Assembly (NCBI GenBank): GCA_965203295.1
Contig: CBDBCZ010000019.1
Span: 1,536,001 to 1,600,000, forward strand
Length of the DNA: 64,000 nucleotides
Source of the DNA: Nitrospirales bacterium
Lineage (GTDB): Bacteria; Nitrospirota; Nitrospiria; Nitrospirales; UBA8639
Direction: 5' to 3'
Shown piece by piece: positions 19,789-30,342 of the stretch; position 1 is the stretch's first letter, and every line of letters starts with the position of its first letter. Made by a program: the position numbers and the translations under genes. The notes under the pieces are model-generated. The model had not been told where the DNA came from and made no database searches. It saw nothing but the letters and a program-made list of their open reading frames with translations.

Positions 19789-21156
19789 ATGGATAAGGAA
19801 AACCCTTTTAATTTCAAAAAGATATTGGTTGTAGGAGCTGGGTCGGTAGGAGGTTACTTTGGTGCCCGGTTGGCCAGAAAATATGACCATGTTTCTTTTT
19901 TGCTACGCCCTAGGACCCTCCAGACCGTGCAAAACAGAGGCTTAACCATTCGTAGCCACTCGGAAACTTTTACTGTTCATCCCCGAGTAACCTCTAACTC
20001 ATCGGATATTCCTCCTCAAGATTTAATCATTTTAGGAGTTAAAGCCTATGATTTGGATGAAGTATTAAATCAAATTGAGCCGATTCTTCAAAAGAATTCA
20101 ATCCTCTTGACCTTACAAAATGGAGTCACCATTGAAGATCAAATTTTGGCTCGGATTGCGAAAGAAAATGTCGTGGGTGGAGTAGCATTTATTTACTCAA
20201 AGATCGCCGAGTCAGGAGTCATAGACCATTACAAACGAGGAACGATTACCATCGGCGAATTAGATGGGAAAGAATCCCCACGTCTCAACACAATAGGTGA
20301 TCTGTTTAAGGCCGCTGGCGTTCCCTGTCTAATCAGTTCAAATATTCGCCAAGCGAAGTGGGAGAAAATGTGTTGGAATTGCGTATTCAATCCCTTGACA
20401 GTCATGATCAATGATTGTGTCGCTAAGGCATTGGATCTACCTGAAATGCTCAATATCATTCCATCCGTGGTTCGAGAGGTTATGGCAGTTGCTGCAGCGA
20501 ATGGAGTGCCGCTAGCGGCTGATATGCCTGAAAAAGTTGTCCAATGGTCCCAACAACTCCGTGATATTCATACGTCTATGTATGATGACTGGAAAGCTGG
20601 TCGTCCCACGGAAATTGAATACCTAAATGGCTATATTGCAAGAAAAGGACGTGACCTGGGAATTCCCACCCCCCTTAACGAAGCCTTCACCGCATTGGTC
20701 AAGGCCATAACGCAAGGTGAAAGAATGGAGAAAGGAAGAGTGAGAGTTGAAGGAGAGATTATTCAGCCTGTATCTCTTGATGCGCAGGCTTTAGTCAATT
20801 TACCGAATGAGTTTCAGGTCACTGATGTGAGCAAGTTGGCTCCGGGATTCCAAGGGAAAGGTGTTCGAATCGAAGGAATCTTAGAAATGGTGACCGCTCA
20901 TATTCAGGCTGATCATGTCACGTTTCATTCAGAAGATGGACAGTTTTCGGCAAGTCTCTCTTTGCAAGATGCACGTGACTACGGCATTCTTCTTTACGAG
21001 GTCAATGGGATGCCGCTGGCACGAGAGAAGGGAGGACCATTTCGTCTGATCGCACCAGGGTTAGGTGATCTCTGTGCCAACGTCAAACATGTTTCGAGAA
21101 TAGAGCTGACAAAAGGAACAGGAAAAGATACTCGTCCGTCGCTGAAAACCTGCTAA
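19789..21156 (+). CDS. panE: 2-dehydropantoate 2-reductase fused to a C-terminal molybdopterin-oxidoreductase-like domain
   Basis: GAGSVGGYFG, LQNG, KWEKMCWN, SMYDD..GRPTEIEYLNG; C-terminal NGMPLAREKGGPFRLI..NVKHVSRIE. Confidence 0.8.
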   Translation: MDKENPFNFKKILVVGAGSVGGYFGARLARKYDHVSFLLRPRTLQTVQNRGLTIRSHSETFTVHPRVTSNSSDIPPQDLIILGVKAYDLDEVLNQIEPILQKNSILLTLQNGVTIEDQILARIAKENVVGGVAFIYSKIAESGVIDHYKRGTITIGELDGKESPRLNTIGDLFKAAGVPCLISSNIRQAKWEKMCWNCVFNPLTVMINDCVAKALDLPEMLNIIPSVVREVMAVAAANGVPLAADMPEKVVQWSQQLRDIHTSMYDDWKAGRPTEIEYLNGYIARKGRDLGIPTPLNEAFTALVKAITQGERMEKGRVRVEGEIIQPVSLDAQALVNLPNEFQVTDVSKLAPGFQGKGVRIEGILEMVTAHIQADHVTFHSEDGQFSASLSLQDARDYGILLYEVNGMPLAREKGGPFRLIAPGLGDLCANVKHVSRIELTKGTGKDTRPSLKTC

Positions 21157-21221
21157 GGTCTTTTCGTGCCATCCCTGCCCATAACAAGAAACTTCAAACC
21201 TTTCAAAGGCATAATCCTTTT

Positions 21222-22574
21222 TTGAATCATCTTCAGACACCCCTGATTTACAATCTGTTTCCCCGATTAGTCGGCGCTTCAGAAAACTGGATTCCACATG
21301 CTCAGAGAGCTGCCTCTATGGGTTTTAATTGGTTGTATGTGAATCCCATCTCGTATCCCGGGTTTTCCGGAAGTCTTTATGCCATTAAAGACTATTTTCA
21401 ATTGAATCCCCATTTTTTCCCTGCCTCACTTCACAATTCAGCTCAGTCTTTAGTCAGCTTGAGAAACACTCTTGGCCAGATTGTTGATCTCGGACTCCAT
21501 CCTATTGCGGATCTCGTCATCAACCACACTTCCATTGACTCTCCTCTCATTCAAGATCATCCCAACTGGTTTTGTTGGGAAGGAAAAGGCCTCCTGCAAC
21601 ATCCCTATGCCATTGACCCCAGTGCTCCAGATAAAAAAACCGTATGGGGTGATCTCGCCGTCGTGAACAATCAGCATTCTCCAGATCGGGATGCCTTACG
21701 GGCCTTTTGGCTTCAGGTGATGAAAGCCTATATTCAGGTTGGGTTTGAAGGATTTCGTTGTGATGCCGCTTATCAAGTTCCGGTGGAATTATGGCGCTAT
21801 TTGATTGATTTCGCTAAAGAGATCAACCCCAACGTCATCTTTTGGGCTAAAAACTTGGGGTGTACACCAGAACAGACCAGGGCCTTACGTGGCGCAGGGT
21901 TTCATTTCTTTTGTAATAGTTCCAAGTGGTGGAATTTCAAAGATGCCTGGTGCCTTGAGCAACATCAAGAATTCGAGGACCTTCCTTCCATTTCCTTCCC
22001 CGAAACGCACGACACCGATCGGCTTTCCAAAGAAAACCAAGGGAGTGAACCCATACAACGGCAGCGATATGCGTTTGCTGCAATTTTTTCGGCAGGTATC
22101 ATGATGCCCATTGGATATGAGTTCGGATTCCAGAAAAAATTGGACGTGGTCAAGACTCGGCCGAATGATTGGGAGCTTCCTCTTTATGATTTGTCGAAGT
22201 TTATTGCTTGCATTAACTCGTTAAAATCGAATTGGTCGATTTTGAGCAGGGAGGGGAGCATTCAAAAAATGCCTTCTGAAAACCCTGATGTGCTTATTCT
22301 ATCTCGTCAATCTCACTCGGTAAGAGGAGAGAATGTGTTGATTCTGATTAACACCCACGCGAAGTGGAAGCAAAGGGTATCCACAGCGTCATTATTAGTA
22401 GAACTAGAGTCTTTTCGTTTGGTCCATTTCACAAAAGTCGATCAAAATATGAAACTCATTCCTTGTTTGAAAGAAGTCACGCTCGAACCAGCGGAAGCCC
22501 TCTTGATCGTTCACTCGACTGCGGCTGTACTTTGTACATTGGGGGCGTTGAATAATTCAAAAGATTCTCGATAG
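21222..22574 (+). CDS. GH13 alpha-amylase family protein, possibly inactive
   Basis: DLVINH, GFRCDAA, ETHD; the expected acid/base Glu reads FWAK. Confidence 0.8.
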   Translation: MNHLQTPLIYNLFPRLVGASENWIPHAQRAASMGFNWLYVNPISYPGFSGSLYAIKDYFQLNPHFFPASLHNSAQSLVSLRNTLGQIVDLGLHPIADLVINHTSIDSPLIQDHPNWFCWEGKGLLQHPYAIDPSAPDKKTVWGDLAVVNNQHSPDRDALRAFWLQVMKAYIQVGFEGFRCDAAYQVPVELWRYLIDFAKEINPNVIFWAKNLGCTPEQTRALRGAGFHFFCNSSKWWNFKDAWCLEQHQEFEDLPSISFPETHDTDRLSKENQGSEPIQRQRYAFAAIFSAGIMMPIGYEFGFQKKLDVVKTRPNDWELPLYDLSKFIACINSLKSNWSILSREGSIQKMPSENPDVLILSRQSHSVRGENVLILINTHAKWKQRVSTASLLVELESFRLVHFTKVDQNMKLIPCLKEVTLEPAEALLIVHSTAAVLCTLGALNNSKDSR

Positions 22575-22847
22575 CAGGCTACTCCTAAGACAAACCCTAA
22601 GCCTCTCTCCTTGCTTTCCCAGGGGCGCTGCCCCTAGGACGGCCCATAGTGAGGGTACCAGGCAAAAATTGCGAAAATGCACGCTAAGAACGGGAAGGAT
22701 TTTAGCTGCTACTCTGTCATCCCACACTTTTATTTGCATCGCGATCCGATCTGAGGCCTGACCGCTTATGGGAGCAAAGGGCTCTGGATGGTCACAGGCA
22801 AAAAGTGGTGAGCACTCGTTCCTCTGGCTTTTCCCCTCAGCCGGTGC

Positions 22848-23788
22848 TTAGCGCACTACTAACACCGAACACGGCGCGTGACGAGCCACGTTATGCGCAA
22901 CACTACCCAAAAGGAAACGTCTCAGCCCGGTCAACCCTTTGGATCCCACCACAATAAGGTCCGCGCGGCTCCGCTTCGCCGTTTTAAGAATTTCTTCAGC
23001 CGCATGGCCATGGGTGAGGAGGATATCCACCTCTAACTTTTTCTTGCTCAGAGCCTGCTGGGTCTCTTGAAGAAGTTGTTTCCCCGCTTGTTCTAAAGTT
23101 CGCTTCATGTCCTCAGCCAATTGCGTGGCGTCCACGTGGCCTGTGAGCCATGCCGCCGTTGTGAGGGTCGGGTGTCCTCTCACGACATGAATGATGGTCA
23201 AGTCTGCCGCTTTTGGAAGATTCAAACTCTTGAGTAACGTAACTGCTCGCTTGGAGTCGCGGGATCCATCCATCGCAAGCAAGACGCGCATGTTTCGTGC
23301 TTTACGACCGGTCCAACGGGACTGGCCCCGCACCATCAATACCGAACAGTACGCGTCATTCAGTACCCACTCACTGACGCTGCCAGTACCCACTCACTGA
23401 CGCTGCCGAGGAGAAACCGTTTTATGCCCGACAACCCTTTGGTGCCTACCACAACCAGGTCAATCGGGTGTTGTTCAATCGCCCTGAGAATCTCACCCCC
23501 TGGTAGGCCTTCAACGACATTAGCCTGAACCTCCAACCTCTGACCGTGGAACGATTCTGCTATACAGCTGATGAATCGGCGAGCCTTGGCTGTCGCCTTT
23601 ACGCGGAGAGGGAGAAGTTTCTCCTGAAACTGTTGGACATTAGCAAAGAAGGGCAACTCCGGCCACTGTTTCAGTTCAAACACGTGCAGGAGCGACAGGG
23701 CCGAACCAGCAGGCAGATGAAGCCCTTGTACCCACCGAACCGCCGCTAAAGAATTCCGTGATTGATCCACTGCCAGTAATACGTTCAT
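22848..23788 (-). pseudogene. Tandem-domain universal stress protein, frameshifted by a 23-bp duplication
   Basis: Two USP domains (DLVVVGTKG..RFLLGSVS; DLIVVGSKG..RFLLGSVA); CAGTACCCACTCACTGACGCTGC occurs twice at 23361-23406. Confidence 0.85.
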
Positions 23789-23847
23789 GGATAGACTCCT
23801 TTTATACTCATTGAAAGAGAAATTCTAGAGGTAATGAGTTCTTGGAT

Positions 23848-24285
23848 TTAGAGTCCCAAGGTGTCTGCCGCAACCGGGAACGCACCATATAACCACACGA
23901 GGTACCCGGTATAGGCTACCAGAAAAAGAACGCCCTCCACTCGACTCAATCTGTGGCCGGTCAAGAGGGCCGGCAACAGATTGACGGCCACACCCATCAT
24001 GATCCAAATATCAGCAACGATTTCTGGACTGATCGGGACAGGCGTGACAAGGGCGGTGAAGCCAATGACGATGAGAATGTTAAACATATTACTGCCCAAA
24101 ATATTGCCAATCGCGACATCAGCATGCTTGCGAACAGCCGCGATCATGGACGTCGTGAGTTCAGGGAGCGAGGTGCCAATCGCCACAAGTGTCAGGCCGA
24201 TCATCGCTTCGGAAATCCCGGCTGCGCGGGCAATAGTGACAGCCCCGTCAACCAGCCCGAGTTTTCGATCTGATTGGTTTTCCAT
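23848..24285 (-). pseudogene. Ca2+/Na+ antiporter (YrbG-like), C-terminal half only
   Basis: IGLTLVAIGTSLPEL, AIGNILGSNMFN; the first alpha-repeat is missing. Confidence 0.75.
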
Positions 24286-24515
24286 TCATGTATTCCCTCT
24301 CCCAAAAGGTTTCGAGCCCAATCTGTCCGAACCCATACCCACACTGAATGGCCTTTAGGTTAGGCGACGCGGTATATCTTCCCGTGTCCCAGTTCCGTTG
24401 CTATGAACCGTTCACAGTGGCTCACGGTAACATCTATGGGATTTAACCTTACCTCCGAAAATGGCTGAGTTTGTTCTCTCACAGTCAAACCAACGAACTG
24501 CTCCACGCCCGACAT

Positions 24516-25736
24516 TCAAACGTTGTCAGCTGTTTGGAAGCGGTGGCTGAAGCGACCGTACAACCTTTTCATGGCGAATGGTGACAATACGGTCGTCAAA
24601 GCGATCACTATAATCATACCGGCATAAATCTCGTTGTTAAGGATACCGCTTTCCCGTCCCAATTCGGCAAAGATGAGTCCGACTTCCCCGCGCGGGATCA
24701 TGGCGGTGCCAATGATCCAACGGGTTGGCCAAGGTTCGTGGATGAGCATGGGGCCCGCCAATTTCCCGACAATCGCAGCAATCATAAATGCCATTGAAAA
24801 GACCCAAATGAATGGGGAATTCCAATCGATCTCGCGCAGGTTCAATGATAAGCCGACCATGACAAAGAAAATTGGCGTGAATAGATGAATGACCGGCTTC
24901 ATTTCCGTTTCAATGTGCTCGGCGAAGGATGGGTCTGCATGCAATGCCGTGCCAAAAGGCAAAAAGAAACGCCTCGATAACGCCAGACCTGCCGCGAAAC
25001 CACCGAGCAACTCCGGTGCTCCCATAGAATGGGCCAGCCAGGCGAACAATAGCACCAGGGAGACGATTGTAGTGGGAACTAGGCCGGGTATCTCTGTTGT
25101 CGTGTTGATGTGTTTAATGATAGCGGACATCAGCTTGGCCGCCACCGGGGCCAAAATAAAGAAGGTCGCTACGAACATAATGACTTTGCCTGCGTTACCT
25201 AGGGTCACACCGCCGCCAATGGAGAATTCATAAAGTAGGGCCAGCAAAACGACGCCCATCACATCATCTAGAATCGCTGCCCCCAATATTATCTGACCCT
25301 CCGGGGCGTGGTGGCGTTTGAGGTCCGTGAGCACGCGGGCAGTGATTCCAATACTGGTCGCTGTGAGCGTCCCTCCGATAAATAGCGATGTCAGCAACGA
25401 GAGACCGAATACCCAATATCCTACGCTGAACGCCAACAGAAACGGCAGACCGAACCCTCCCAGGGCCACTACTAAAGACTTAGGGCCGGCCCGCGCTAAT
25501 TGCCTGGGATCAGTCCCCAAGCCAACCTCGAATAGGAGCAGGATGATACCGATTTCCGCCATGAGCTTGATGGCTTCGATGGGCTCGATCCAGCCCAGCA
25601 AACTTGGTCCTAATATCACTCCCGCCAGTAACTCACCTATGACAGTGGGTGCTTTAAGCCTTCCGGCCAGCTCCGCGAAGACTCGCGCGGTTAAAAGAAT
25701 AATAAGCAGGGTAAGAAAAAAGTCGTGGCTTTGCAT
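24516..25736 (-). CDS. Cation:proton antiporter, CPA2 family
   Basis: GELLAGVILGP, LTATSIGIT, AAILDD, MIPRGEVGLIF. Confidence 0.9.
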   Translation of the reverse strand: MQSHDFFLTLLIILLTARVFAELAGRLKAPTVIGELLAGVILGPSLLGWIEPIEAIKLMAEIGIILLLFEVGLGTDPRQLARAGPKSLVVALGGFGLPFLLAFSVGYWVFGLSLLTSLFIGGTLTATSIGITARVLTDLKRHHAPEGQIILGAAILDDVMGVVLLALLYEFSIGGGVTLGNAGKVIMFVATFFILAPVAAKLMSAIIKHINTTTEIPGLVPTTIVSLVLLFAWLAHSMGAPELLGGFAAGLALSRRFFLPFGTALHADPSFAEHIETEMKPVIHLFTPIFFVMVGLSLNLREIDWNSPFIWVFSMAFMIAAIVGKLAGPMLIHEPWPTRWIIGTAMIPRGEVGLIFAELGRESGILNNEIYAGMIIVIALTTVLSPFAMKRLYGRFSHRFQTADNV

Positions 25737-25889
25737 TAAGGTTCCTTCATCTTAATCTCCGCTAACCAGAGAGCATCGTCATTCCAGATCTGATTTAAAA
25801 TAATATCCAGTCTTTGGTAAATAGATTGGTTGATCAATGCTAGCCTTTTCGTTATGACAGTGTCACCCAAGCATAACGGTAAACGTGAC

Positions 25890-26131
25890 TGAATTACCGC
25901 TCGGGCGCTTGAGGAGCAAATGAACACCTGCTCCTACCTTACGCTCATCCTGGCATGCATCAGCTACTGGCAGGCACGGGAAATGGAGAGAGTGATTGGG
26001 GAGTTACAACCAGATTTACCTGATTCCCGCATTGACCTCGACCTTCTTGAGCACATCAGCCCGATCGCGTGGGACAACGTGCTCTCTATGAGCAATATAC
26101 CCTCGATCGGAGTCTCATTCGTACGTCTTAG
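25890..26131 (+). pseudogene. Tn3-family transposase, C-terminal remnant
   Basis: LEEQMNTCSYLTLILACISYWQ...LLEHISPIAWDNV matches the Tn3 TnpA C-terminal pattern. Confidence 0.8.
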
Positions 26132-26223
26132 CGTGCATTTTCACAGTATTTTGCCTGCTCCCCTAAGTGTCTTGCCTGTGACCCCTCGAAGGGGCATGCC
26201 CCCTTCGAGCATCCCCCACGCCG

Positions 26224-26342
26224 ACTGAAAAACAACACTCGGCGTGCAAGGCCGCAGGCAGCGAGGAGGACAAGGCGTACAAGTGGGTACGTTGAGGCCT
26301 CCGAGCCACGAGAACGCCGCTGGCGGTCTTTTTCAATAGCCC
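26224..26342. repeat. Intergenic palindromic repeat of the type common in Nitrospira genomes
   Basis: CTGAAAAA...GCAAGGCCGCAG...GGCGTAC-N-GTACGTTGAG...CGAGAACG..GCTGGCGG.CTTTTTCA; recognised from memory, single copy in this window. Confidence 0.55.
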
Positions 26343-26423
26343 CTCGTTGCAAACTGTTTAATCGATCTCTAGAATGGCGCCCGTTTATTTGCTTTTATAA
26401 AACTTTAAAGAAGGGTTGTGGAT

Positions 26424-26837
26424 ATGCTTGAGCGTACACTTGCCATTATTAAACCCGATGCTGTCAAAAAACAAGTCATCGGAGACATCATTCATCGATA
26501 TGAACAAGCCGGGGTTCACCCTATTGCACTGAAAATGCTATCCCTTACGAAAAAGGGGGCTGAAGGATTTTATGCCGTGCATCGGGAACGACCATTTTTT
26601 GACAGTCTAACGACCTATATGGCATCAGGCCCAGTTGTCGTCTTAGTTCTAGAAGGAGAGAACGCCATTAAGAAGTACCGTGATCTCATGGGTGCTACGG
26701 ACCCTAGTAAAGCTGAGAAAGGAACAATCCGGGCAGCACATGGAGCATCTATAGAAGAAAACTCTGTACATGGGTCTGATTCTCCTGAGACAGCTTGTTT
26801 TGAGATTAGCTACTTTTTCCCGGGGCTTGATTTGTAA
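26424..26837 (+). CDS. ndk: Nucleoside diphosphate kinase
   Basis: [31 protein letters not shown]. Confidence 0.97.
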   Translation: MLERTLAIIKPDAVKKQVIGDIIHRYEQAGVHPIALKMLSLTKKGAEGFYAVHRERPFFDSLTTYMASGPVVVLVLEGENAIKKYRDLMGATDPSKAEKGTIRAAHGASIEENSVHGSDSPETACFEISYFFPGLDL

Positions 26838-26952
26838 GGTGCGTGATTTTTTACAACATTTTTTACGCAGACATGTTACGTTATGAATGAATCAGCGGTA
26901 GGAAGACAAAAAAATCCGAGAACGCCACTTTTCCAGGACACCCCCATTCACT

Positions 26953-28311
26953 ATGCCAACCCGTTTCTCGGGGTCCATTCTTAGTCTCATTTGCTTTTTG
27001 TTCCTGATTTCCGGATGTGCGCATCCCCATCCATCTGGAAAGTCTCTTGAGGAACTTAAATCCTATGCTGCGGAGCGCTTATTTCAGGATGCAAGGGAAT
27101 CAATGGTCCAAGGACAATATTCCCAAGCTGCTAGACTCTTCGAGCGTTTCCTTGTCACGTATCCTTCCTCACCCTTGAACGGCCAGGCCCACTGGTGGTT
27201 GGCAAAGACCTATCACCAGAAGGGTGAGCTAAGGCTCGCTCGGCAACATTACAAGCAGTTCCTAGCATCCGAGAAGGGTGGCCTCTACAGAGTTCAAGCA
27301 AAAACCCAGATTAAATCGTTAGAACAAGTCTTAGGCTATTCAGAAGACAAGGATCCTGAAGTCAAGGGAATTGTGGTCTCTCTCAAAACAGTCACGCAGT
27401 ATGGGAGAGAGGGTTTGATTCTGGGAACGATGTCTGACTCAAATCGATCAGTTCTCATCATTCGAATGGGCTGCAGAGAAAATCCTTTGGCTTTTCCTGA
27501 TTCGGCAAATGGGAGGCAACGACAATCGCAGGCGATTGCGCTCAAACAGACGATCGCTCAGGTTGTCAGATGGAGCCACAAGGACAACACACAAGTTTAT
27601 CTAGGTGTCAATTTGCGATGCTTAGGGAAGTATCAAGAACGTGACAAATGGAATGATTGGTATTTCGATCCTGAAAGGCAGTCTCTCCAACCCTCAAGAT
27701 ACTTTGACCTGTTTCATCCCAATTATCAAACTTACCTACTAAACTTGCTTTTGGACTTGGCAGAAACAAAACTGAATGGGTTTGTGTTTTTAGCAGAAAA
27801 CCCTATGAGGGCAGGTGAAGGATTCAGTCCTTCAGCTACCAAGAAATTTGAGAAAGTTTTTCGAAAACCCATAGATCCAGAGCACGTATTTTCTGGAAGA
27901 CAACACTCGGAATATTGGCGGTGGGTTGGTTGGAAAACTCGAGAGCGACTTCATGTCATGACCCACCTTCGTGCAAGGCTGAAACGGAAGGTGCCTGAAT
28001 TGGAATTTGGCTTAGAAATTCATGGAAGGAGCGTGACGCATCCTGTTCAGGCTTTGGTTGAGTTGACGGAAGATTGGTTAGAAGCCACAAGGAGCGATTT
28101 TGAATTCTTTTTCGTCAAGCATCCCGAATATAGATTCGACAATACGAACGAGACAATTGATCGTGTCACGAATTCTCATGGCAATTCCCCAATCATTGAA
28201 GAAATGATCACCGTTTTAGGTGCTCCAAAAAAAATTTGGGTGCAAATTCCCGATTCTGGAGGGCACCCTCGAAAAACAGCGTCTCATGAATTGAAGCATA
28301 GAACATTGTGA
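26953..28311 (+). CDS. Lipoprotein with TPR region and a glycoside-hydrolase-like (PgaB C-terminal-like) domain
   Basis: Lipobox ISGC; TPR (FLVTYPSSP..AHWWLAK); FDLFHPNYQ..LLDLA, YWRWVGWK. Confidence 0.55.
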   Translation: MPTRFSGSILSLICFLFLISGCAHPHPSGKSLEELKSYAAERLFQDARESMVQGQYSQAARLFERFLVTYPSSPLNGQAHWWLAKTYHQKGELRLARQHYKQFLASEKGGLYRVQAKTQIKSLEQVLGYSEDKDPEVKGIVVSLKTVTQYGREGLILGTMSDSNRSVLIIRMGCRENPLAFPDSANGRQRQSQAIALKQTIAQVVRWSHKDNTQVYLGVNLRCLGKYQERDKWNDWYFDPERQSLQPSRYFDLFHPNYQTYLLNLLLDLAETKLNGFVFLAENPMRAGEGFSPSATKKFEKVFRKPIDPEHVFSGRQHSEYWRWVGWKTRERLHVMTHLRARLKRKVPELEFGLEIHGRSVTHPVQALVELTEDWLEATRSDFEFFFVKHPEYRFDNTNETIDRVTNSHGNSPIIEEMITVLGAPKKIWVQIPDSGGHPRKTASHELKHRTL

Positions 28312-28507
28312 ACTGAGGCTTAGTGTGTACTTGATGGTGTGGGTTACATAGTCGCCCATTCGGTCATTCCTTGACAAACCACCACCCCCTCATTAAGAAG
28401 AGCACCTTGTTTTTTCTTAAGAAATTAAATGGTAATCTTGTAACAGTGGAGTGTCTACTCTCAAATTATAGCTATTTTCGGAAAAGAGACATTGGATAGG
28501 GGAAAGT

Positions 28508-28891
28508 ATGATTCCAAATGACTTGCGGTATCACAAAGAACATGAATGGGTTCGAGTTGAAGGAGAACAGGCCACTCTCGGCATTAGCCATCATGCTCAA
28601 GAGGCCTTAGGGGATGTGGTCTTCATTGACTTGCCACAAATTGATGCTGCCATAACAGCTGATCAGGAAATTGGCGAAGTCGAATCGACCAAGGCTATAT
28701 CCAGTATCTATTCCCCTGTGAGTGGCAAGATCATTAAAGTGAACACAGCATTGCAGGACCATCCCGAGTATATGAATAGCGATCCGTATGGCCAGGGTTG
28801 GATTGCAATGGTTCAGTTAACAAATCCTGCAGAAGTTGAAAACCTCATGACTGCTGCCCAATACCAAGAATTTTTAACCTCTCAACTCTGA
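28508..28891 (+). CDS. gcvH: Glycine cleavage system H protein
   Basis: YHKEHEWV, EVESTKA lipoyl-Lys, NSDPYGQGW. Confidence 0.96.
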   Translation: MIPNDLRYHKEHEWVRVEGEQATLGISHHAQEALGDVVFIDLPQIDAAITADQEIGEVESTKAISSIYSPVSGKIIKVNTALQDHPEYMNSDPYGQGWIAMVQLTNPAEVENLMTAAQYQEFLTSQL

Positions 28892-30294
28892 TGGGCTTAT
28901 CCAAAAGCATTGTAATTATTGGTGCAGGTCCGGGTGGGTATGTGGCTGCCATTCGTGCGGCACAGCTCGGAGCACAGGTCACGGTGATTGAGAATCAGGC
29001 TTTGGGAGGAGTGTGTCTGAATGCTGGATGCATTCCAAGCAAAGCGTTGTTGGCAACGGTGGAGTTGGGTGAAAAACTTCGGATGGCCAAGGATTTTGGT
29101 ATTCGCGTTGAAGGAAATGTGGATTTTGATTTAGCGCGCATGGTGGGCCGAAAAAATCAGATAGTCGGAACTCTGCAAAGAGGGATCGTCTCACTGTTCA
29201 AATCATGGAACATTACCCATATTCCAGGAACCGGAAAATTACGTGATGCGCGAACCGTCCAAGTGATCAAGGCTGATGGATCTGAGATCAACGTATCTGC
29301 TGATGCCATCATTATTGCGACAGGATCTTCCTGGCCTAACCTTCCACAATTTCCTGTGGACGGAAAGACAATTCTGACAAGTAAAGAAGCGTTAGATTTG
29401 GATACGGTTCCAGCCAAGCTTCTCATTGTCGGGGGAGGAGTCGAAGGATGTGAGTTTGCGGCCCTCTTTAGTGGTTTAGGCTCACAAGTGATGGTCGTGG
29501 AGATGATGGACCGTATTCTTCCTTTAGAGGATGAAGAAATTTCTCGTTTTATAGCGCGAGAATTGAAAAAACGGAAAGTCGAGCTTCACGCGGGAACGAC
29601 CATACAAGACATATCAACGAGTCCTGGTGTGGTGAAGGCTAAACTGAGCTCGAGTGTCGAACTTCAGGCCGAAAAAGTTCTAGTCTCAGTTGGACGTCGT
29701 TTTCATACCCAAGGCATTGGATTAGAGCAGGTGGGCGTAGGTGTTGGTTCACATAGAGAGATTGAAGTTGATGGCCACTGCCAAACAACGGTTACTGGCA
29801 TCTTTGCCATTGGAGATGTCGTTGGAAAAGCCATGCTCGCCCATGTAGCCTCCGCTCAAGGGAAAATAGCGGTTGAAAACATCATGGGGAATTCGAAGAC
29901 CATCAATTATTCCGTGATCCCTGCTGGGATTTTTACATTGCCTGAAATCGGCCGTGTTGGCCTGACTGAACAAGAAGTCGGTGAACGGGGGATGCGGGCA
30001 AAGATAGGGCGATTTCGATACGCTAGCTTAGGGAAAGCCTATGGGGTTGGTGAAACGACAGGAATGTTCAAAGTCCTCGCTGATGAAAAAACGGATATGC
30101 TATTGGGTGTCCACATCGTCGGAGCTCATGCAGCCGATCTTATACATGAGGCTGCCTTGGCTATGGAAGTTCAGGCGCCTGCACGTTCCCTCGCAGGGAT
30201 GATCCATGCGCATCCGACCGTGTCCGAAGGCCTCATGGAAGCTGCAGAAGATCTAGAGGCATTAGCTATTCATCAAGGACCGAAAAAGGCTTAA
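28891..30294 (+). CDS. lpdA: Dihydrolipoyl dehydrogenase
   Basis: GAGPGGY, GGVCLNAGCIPSK, HAHPTVSE. Confidence 0.96.
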   Translation: MGLSKSIVIIGAGPGGYVAAIRAAQLGAQVTVIENQALGGVCLNAGCIPSKALLATVELGEKLRMAKDFGIRVEGNVDFDLARMVGRKNQIVGTLQRGIVSLFKSWNITHIPGTGKLRDARTVQVIKADGSEINVSADAIIIATGSSWPNLPQFPVDGKTILTSKEALDLDTVPAKLLIVGGGVEGCEFAALFSGLGSQVMVVEMMDRILPLEDEEISRFIARELKKRKVELHAGTTIQDISTSPGVVKAKLSSSVELQAEKVLVSVGRRFHTQGIGLEQVGVGVGSHREIEVDGHCQTTVTGIFAIGDVVGKAMLAHVASAQGKIAVENIMGNSKTINYSVIPAGIFTLPEIGRVGLTEQEVGERGMRAKIGRFRYASLGKAYGVGETTGMFKVLADEKTDMLLGVHIVGAHAADLIHEAALAMEVQAPARSLAGMIHAHPTVSEGLMEAAEDLEALAIHQGPKKA

Positions 30295-30342
30295 CACCAG
30301 CATGCCGACTCCTGACACCTGACTTGGCACGAATCAATTATC

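Larger units (their letters stand above)
22651..26163. mobile_element. Tn3-family transposon relic with both inverted repeats
   Basis: Left IR GAGGGTACCAGGCAAAAATTGCGAAAATGCACGCTAAG (22651-22688); right IR CTTAGCGTGCATTTTCACAGTATTTTGCCTGCTCCCC (26127-26163); tnpA 3' end abuts the right IR. Confidence 0.85.
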
